The position numbers were made by a program, and so were the translations under genes. Below the pieces are notes generated by a model that had not been told where the DNA came from, searched no databases, and saw only the letters and a list, made by a program, of their open reading frames with translations. Positions 59,548 to 64,000 of a DNA stretch of 64,000 bases are shown here, piece by piece. The stretch is from a virus, in the IMG/VR virus record IMGVR_UViG_3300006802_000089, positions 1-64,000 of that record; one strand, written 5' to 3'. Numbering within the stretch: position 1 is the stretch's first letter; every line of letters starts with the position of its first letter.

Positions 59548-59925
59548 TTATAAATATAATCCAAGTTGGTACTTCCTCTGAATGCTGGTGATAGTATCTT
59601 CTATAGTTTCATATAATCGATTCAATTCCGTTACATTTAAACGAACATATTTTGACTTAAGTTTGATCTCATGTTCATTCATAGGCAATTGCACTGCCTC
59701 TGCAATAGATGTTTTTAAAACGGTTTGCATGAAAGATAAATCACGCATAGTAACTTCTTCTCGTTGTCCTGCTACTATCAATGTTCCAATCACCGTAGAT
59801 TGTGGATTTTCTAAAAAATTCTTTTCTAGTATATCCTTGAATTCGAAATCAATTTCTGCCCAAGTATTGCCATATTTCTCTCGATATTTATCAGATATAG
59901 CCCAAGGTTGGTTTACGCTGTTCAT
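59548..59925 (-). CDS. Hypothetical protein
   Basis: 125-aa ORF. Confidence 0.6.
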   Translation of the reverse strand: MNSVNQPWAISDKYREKYGNTWAEIDFEFKDILEKNFLENPQSTVIGTLIVAGQREEVTMRDLSFMQTVLKTSIAEAVQLPMNEHEIKLKSKYVRLNVTELNRLYETIEDTITSIQRKYQLGLYL

Positions 59926-60014
59926 ATTTGTATTTATTTTATTCGTTTTTGTTTGATTATTGTGTTCATATAACTTATTAGGTAGTTAGATCAGACGTTG
60001 TTATAAGTGCGGTA

Positions 60015-60287
60015 TTACCTAGTATACGGTAATTGTTCATTTTCTAACAATTCGTCATACGGTATCGTGCATTGTATTTCTCCGCTATCTATTAGCATCT
60101 TAGTTAGATTGCGATCTATAAAAATTCGATTGGATCTTGCAGTGTTCACACAAGTTACACATGACCTGGATTCTAATAGCACATCATAATATGCATTTTT
60201 ATGAATTAGAAACTTTTTGATAACTACTCCTACTTCGTTTTTACCTTCGTTATTAACGATAACCATATTTCCTTCTTTGTATGCCAT
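60015..60287 (-). CDS. SH3-like hypothetical protein
   Basis: YKEG..V....VGVVI.....YYDVLLE. Confidence 0.55.
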   Translation of the reverse strand: MAYKEGNMVIVNNEGKNEVGVVIKKFLIHKNAYYDVLLESRSCVTCVNTARSNRIFIDRNLTKMLIDSGEIQCTIPYDELLENEQLPYTR

Positions 60288-60496
60288 TATTCGATAATTT
60301 TAATGATTTTACTTTGTGTAACTCCTTTAACTTCGTAATCAAACCGATAACCTGCAAAGTCTTTTATTACTTTTGATTCTGCTTCTGTAACAGATAGTGC
60401 TTCTACCAAATATGTTTCGGTAATTTTCTTTTCTTTTACTCCTTTTGGAGTATCAATCTCGTCGATTAATTGTACTTTTGCAACATAATATGCCAT
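60287..60496 (-). CDS. DUF4494-like protein (Bacteroidota-type)
   Basis: YY.AKV...KK.TE.YLVEALSVTEAE...EV..V..SKI pattern. Confidence 0.75.
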   Translation of the reverse strand: MAYYVAKVQLIDEIDTPKGVKEKKITETYLVEALSVTEAESKVIKDFAGYRFDYEVKGVTQSKIIKIIE

Positions 60497-60520
60497 AACC
60501 TTTAAAATTTATTTAGTTTC

Positions 60521-60556
60521 TATAAATAATATAGAAAATTTACAGGAAATATCCAA
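60521..60556 (-). promoter_or_regulatory. Tandem class II (TTGGAT-N17-TATATT) and class I (TATTTATA) promoters
   Basis: Direct sequence match to both consensuses. Confidence 0.55.
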
Positions 60557-60564
60557 TCGAATAA

Positions 60565-61524
60565 CTATTTTTTAACAAGATTTTTCAATCTGTTCTGACT
60601 TCGATAAAAAGTATAAGATCTTAATATTTGATTTGGAGTTAAACCAAAATTATGTGCTAAATTATCTAGTATATCTGCTACTAGGTGCTCTTTATCTAGC
60701 GTATTATATATTTTACCACTTAAATTTTTAATAATTTTTTCTAACAATGTTAAATATCCACCAGGTAACCGATTTAACACTCTAGATTTTGCAACTCGAC
60801 CTGAAAATGTTTCATTTCCACGTTGTTCATTAATTATTTTTTGTGCTACTTTTACTGTTTCTCGAAGAATTTGTGGATATGTATATTGCATATGCACATA
60901 ATCATCAGTTTCCATTATCAAAGTACCATCTTTACGGAAAGATTCTTCAGGACCTTCATCAGGTATATCTGCTCCTTCTTCTGGAACTTCGGCTCCTATA
61001 GGTTCTGCGCCTGGTTCTCCTCCGGTATCCGGAGCTGGTTCTGGTGCTCCTCCTCCTCCAGTATCTAAATCTGCGGTAGTCATTCCTCCTCCTCCGGTAA
61101 AATCAGAGCCGCCACCGGTATCCATTGCTCCTCCGCCGGCGCTAGCATCTGCACTTTCTTCTCCGTCTGTGCTAAAAGCAGCTAAATCTTCGGTAGGTAC
61201 ATTGCATTTTATAGTATAATCTGTATTTCTGCTGTAACCAGTATAAGGAACTATACTAATTACTTTGGCTCGTAACAACTGGGTTAATACGTCAGTAGTT
61301 AAATTATACATTGCACCACTTCTGTTTATGAATTCTTGTATGCCGGCTGGCGATAATGAATATAGTATGCCTAATGATTGATTCTGTGTTTTTCCAAACT
61401 GTCCTAAAAACTTTTGTTGTTCTGGAGTATATACCGATTCTTTCCCGGTAATTTCAATTTCTTTACTGGTATTTTCTGCCTCTGCTAGAATTTCATTCAA
61501 TATTTCTTCGAATAACTCTCTCAT
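60565..61524 (-). CDS. Putative internal head protein with Gly/Pro/acidic linker
   Basis: ILNEILAE, LIMET, ILRET, IINEQ sites. Confidence 0.55.
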   Translation of the reverse strand: MRELFEEILNEILAEAENTSKEIEITGKESVYTPEQQKFLGQFGKTQNQSLGILYSLSPAGIQEFINRSGAMYNLTTDVLTQLLRAKVISIVPYTGYSRNTDYTIKCNVPTEDLAAFSTDGEESADASAGGGAMDTGGGSDFTGGGGMTTADLDTGGGGAPEPAPDTGGEPGAEPIGAEVPEEGADIPDEGPEESFRKDGTLIMETDDYVHMQYTYPQILRETVKVAQKIINEQRGNETFSGRVAKSRVLNRLPGGYLTLLEKIIKNLSGKIYNTLDKEHLVADILDNLAHNFGLTPNQILRSYTFYRSQNRLKNLVKK

Positions 61525-61715
61525 ATATCTTTTGCTTCATTTAAACATGCAGTACGATAATTTCCAGATAATTTTTTTAATTCTAAAATAGATTTTCTCG
61601 CACGACTACCTGCAGCTTTCACACGTTTATTGTAAAAACGAGTATGATTTTCTTCAAAAGTTTCCCAAAGCTGTTTCATTTGTGTGTATAATTCTTGTGA
61701 ATCCATATCAATCAT
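61521..61715 (-). CDS. Histone H1-like (Hc1-type) small DNA-binding protein
   Basis: KAAGSRARKS.LELKKL...YR motif. Confidence 0.7.
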   Translation of the reverse strand: MIDMDSQELYTQMKQLWETFEENHTRFYNKRVKAAGSRARKSILELKKLSGNYRTACLNEAKDI

Positions 61716-61917
61716 TTAAAATTGCGTTTCTTTCTAAATCTACATGTGCAGATGCAATACGTTCTGCTAATGTTATATAGGGCTGAAATGTAATTATTTC
61801 TAATCCGCTACTAAGTTTTACCGTAGTAGAATTATTATTGTTACAAAGATATACTATATGTTCCGTGTTTACCATGTATTGGTATCCGTCTTCGTCAGTT
61901 ATTTGTATGAGCTTCAT
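61708..61917 (-). CDS. FlbD-like small beta protein
   Basis: I.IT...G....VN.EHI.Y.....T.V.LSSG pattern. Confidence 0.5.
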   Translation of the reverse strand: MKLIQITDEDGYQYMVNTEHIVYLCNNNNSTTVKLSSGLEIITFQPYITLAERIASAHVDLERNAILND

Positions 61918-61940
61918 ATATAAACATTTAATCTAATATT

Positions 61941-62366
61941 TTATGCACTAGCAGACCGGTTAGGATTCATTGGATCATATGGACCGGAAACGGTGCTAGG
62001 ATCAATTTCTATGTCAGTACCTGTTGGTCTAGATGATGCATCTGCATCAGATCCTTCTAATTCGGCTCTATTGATAGTAGCACCAGGCAACTGATCTAGT
62101 TCTTTTACTAGTCCTTCTAGATATGATTGTGAAGCTCTACCATGTTTCAACCAATCTAATATCTGAAACCAAGTTTTTGTACTACCTCCAGATGTATATG
62201 TAAAATCTACTGGAAATACTTCTTTGTTATTTTTCATCCAATCTATAATTTTTACATAATGTAATTGATTTGCTGTAGCTTCTTTGATAATTCGTTTGGC
62301 TCTAGCAATTTCTTCAGCTATAATCTGCTGGTGTCTAGGATTGGTTAAATCTAATAGTTTTATCAT
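61941..62366 (-). CDS. Hypothetical protein, possible packaged protein
   Basis: MIKLLDL..., IIAEE, RIIKEA sites. Confidence 0.55.
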   Translation of the reverse strand: MIKLLDLTNPRHQQIIAEEIARAKRIIKEATANQLHYVKIIDWMKNNKEVFPVDFTYTSGGSTKTWFQILDWLKHGRASQSYLEGLVKELDQLPGATINRAELEGSDADASSRPTGTDIEIDPSTVSGPYDPMNPNRSASA

Positions 62367-62725
62367 TTTAAATTTTCTAGTTTATATATTGTACTATAAA
62401 TTAATTCAATTACTCCATCATATAAATTTTGTAAATATGAATCTTCTGGCAATTTATTGTATGCTTTTTCTGAAAACAATGCTAATCCTTTGAAATAATT
62501 AACAATATTTTTATCTCCGTAATTTTCAAATTTTGCCGGCGCAGTATAATTCATTAATATGCCATGCTTACCTTGGTACGCTTCGACAATTGCATCTATC
62601 ATATCAACTATACCTTCATAATAACCTTGTAATGCTACATGTTCGGCATAAGATTTTGTTTGCAAATGATAAATATGTGCTTGTGTTCTACTTGCAAACA
62701 ATGTAGATATAAATTTTTCTATCAT
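62363..62725 (-). CDS. Ferritin/Dps-like four-helix protein (DUF5856-like)
   Basis: QAHIYHLQT.SYAEH.AL..YY......D..VEAYQG, YKL motifs. Confidence 0.75.
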   Translation of the reverse strand: MIEKFISTLFASRTQAHIYHLQTKSYAEHVALQGYYEGIVDMIDAIVEAYQGKHGILMNYTAPAKFENYGDKNIVNYFKGLALFSEKAYNKLPEDSYLQNLYDGVIELIYSTIYKLENLK

Positions 62726-62757
62726 GATTAATATTCTTTATTATAAATATATGTATA

Positions 62758-62922
62758 TTAGTTTTCTGGTACTGTTATAACAATTTCATTGTCTTTGCGT
62801 TTTAGTTTGAAATCACTAGGTATTAATCGTTCAAGATATTCTTGGTAATACTGATTTCGATCGAACCTTGGTTTCTCAGATTTTTTCTTTTTTTCGGATA
62901 TTATGTCTCGTAAACTAATCAT
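62758..62922 (-). CDS. Small protein (54 aa) with MISLRDIISE peptide
   Basis: Not in track; ATGA overlap with stop of 62919..63221. Confidence 0.65.
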   Translation of the reverse strand: MISLRDIISEKKKKSEKPRFDRNQYYQEYLERLIPSDFKLKRKDNEIVITVPEN

Positions 62923-63221
62923 GTAATATTCTGATAATCTAAGTAACGTTCAATGAATTTATATGCTTGTGCGGTATCAAACAGTTTATGTCGATATTTT
63001 AAATAGCCTATGAATTCCTCCGGAGAATCTGAATTGTTTCTCATACTCATTAAAGTGTCATAACGATTCCATGCAGTTATGTCTTCATTATCTACTAAAT
63101 CATCAAGTTGATTTTCTAACCATTCTTCATAGTTACCTAGTATGGTTTCAAAATTATCACGAACCAAATCGACCACATCTTCATGTGCTGTTTCTGTCAA
63201 TATGTCTCGTAATCGTATCAT
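62919..63221 (-). CDS. Putative packaged protein (MIRLRDILTE)
   Basis: 100 aa; late motif 4 nt upstream. Confidence 0.6.
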   Translation of the reverse strand: MIRLRDILTETAHEDVVDLVRDNFETILGNYEEWLENQLDDLVDNEDITAWNRYDTLMSMRNNSDSPEEFIGYLKYRHKLFDTAQAYKFIERYLDYQNIT

Positions 63222-63236
63222 TTAATATAAATATGA

Positions 63237-63992
63237 TTACATGTTAGGATCGCCAGGTGTATCTATTCCATCGGTAGTGAATTTGACATCGATTGGTTTA
63301 CCTATCGTGCTTTTGCTAGGTACAGGAACGTTGCCTTGCATTATCGGATTAGATTGTGCTTGCAAATCAAACAATACAAACTTACCATGTTTAGTAAAAC
63401 CTACGTTACCTCCATGGGCTTCGCTGAAATTTATATTCATAGCACGCACATCTTGTAACACTTTTTGTCGTTGATCAATTATAGTATTTAACTGATTGTA
63501 CACATCTTGTGTTATGCTATTTTTAGAAAGATCATAATCAATCGATCTTCGAAGATCACTGTCCGGCCGCGATGACGAAAAATACATATATTTAATTCCA
63601 TCCCATGCATCTTGCATTTCTGATGTTAACGGAGTTACGCGATCCATGTATATAGCATATATATGATTATATATAGTTTGAATATCGTTTGAATCTTCAC
63701 TAGGAAGACGAAATGCGGCTAAAGGTCTCACACTATATATATTAATCAGATGTGGACGTCTGGCTCTTTTTGATATTCGAGCAGCTAATGCAGCTTCGTT
63801 CTGATCTGCGGTAAATTTAATTACTTTGCCTCGCTGAGTAGCAATTGCTTGTCCATAATATCCGCCTCCTAGCCATTCTGCCGGCGAATCTGCAAATTGA
63901 TCAAATATCATCTTCAGTGTTTCTGGCTGTCTTAATTCACCATACACTTTGGTCAAGTTCGTTTCATTCAATATTTGTTTAAGTAGTATCAT
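63237..63992 (-). CDS. Protein-kinase-like fold protein with MILLKQILNE peptide
   Basis: LGGGYYG Gly loop, VIKFT, NE, EAHGGN loop, FDL motif. Confidence 0.65.
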   Translation of the reverse strand: MILLKQILNETNLTKVYGELRQPETLKMIFDQFADSPAEWLGGGYYGQAIATQRGKVIKFTADQNEAALAARISKRARRPHLINIYSVRPLAAFRLPSEDSNDIQTIYNHIYAIYMDRVTPLTSEMQDAWDGIKYMYFSSSRPDSDLRRSIDYDLSKNSITQDVYNQLNTIIDQRQKVLQDVRAMNINFSEAHGGNVGFTKHGKFVLFDLQAQSNPIMQGNVPVPSKSTIGKPIDVKFTTDGIDTPGDPNM

Positions 63993-64000
63993 ATTGATTT

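Noticed and set aside
59926-60014. Short TATAAC/GTTATA inverted repeat in an intergenic gap
   Set aside because: Too short and AT-rich to distinguish from chance
2431-63234. TATAAATA read as canonical T4 late promoters on the plus strand
   Set aside because: They would point away from the adjacent genes; orientation tracks gene strand as TATTTATA
1572-63474. Numerous short ORFs antisense to long genes (e.g. 4016..4429, 11058..11381, 31082..31612, 44040..44498, 56065..56394)
   Set aside because: Shadows of real genes with low-complexity mirror composition, no promoter motif and no recognisable domains
1-64000. Stop-codon reassignment, tRNA genes, introns/inteins, integrase or transposase
   Set aside because: Core genes are full length in the standard code with normal sizes; I saw no such elements by eye, though tRNAscan/Infernal were not run

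Overview
This window is about 64 kb of an AT-rich, large T4-like (contractile-tailed) phage genome, almost all on the minus strand and in the standard genetic code. It holds the head module (large terminase, portal, prohead protease, scaffold, gp23-like major capsid protein) with a ribosomal protein bS21 gene inside it, plus neck, tail-terminator, baseplate and fibre genes. It also encodes PhoH, a fused Mre11-Rad50 nuclease, primase, a T7-endonuclease-I-like nuclease, a gp55-like sigma factor, an HD hydrolase and UvsE. Bacteroidota-type bS21, DUF4494-like and Hc1-like genes and mostly SD-less, A-rich start regions point to a Bacteroidota host (inference). The main unexplained signal is a set of unrelated proteins sharing a 9-10 residue N-terminal peptide, MI(R/L/S)(L/M)xx(I/L)(L/I)xE. 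This has the length and terminal Glu of the T4 capsid-targeting sequence. Its carriers include two annexin-repeat proteins (one with a pre-toxin-TG-like segment), two kinase-fold proteins and an apparently circularly permuted OmpA-like protein, suggesting a virion-packaged, injected effector set. Two promoter classes are readable directly: sense-strand ATATTTAT(A/T), and T(T/A)GGA(T/A)-N16/17-TAT(A/T)(A/T)T. There are also structured 5' leaders and a candidate origin next to the primase. Two apparent single-A homopolymer frameshifts are probably assembly errors. All family assignments come from motif recognition by eye, not from database searches.
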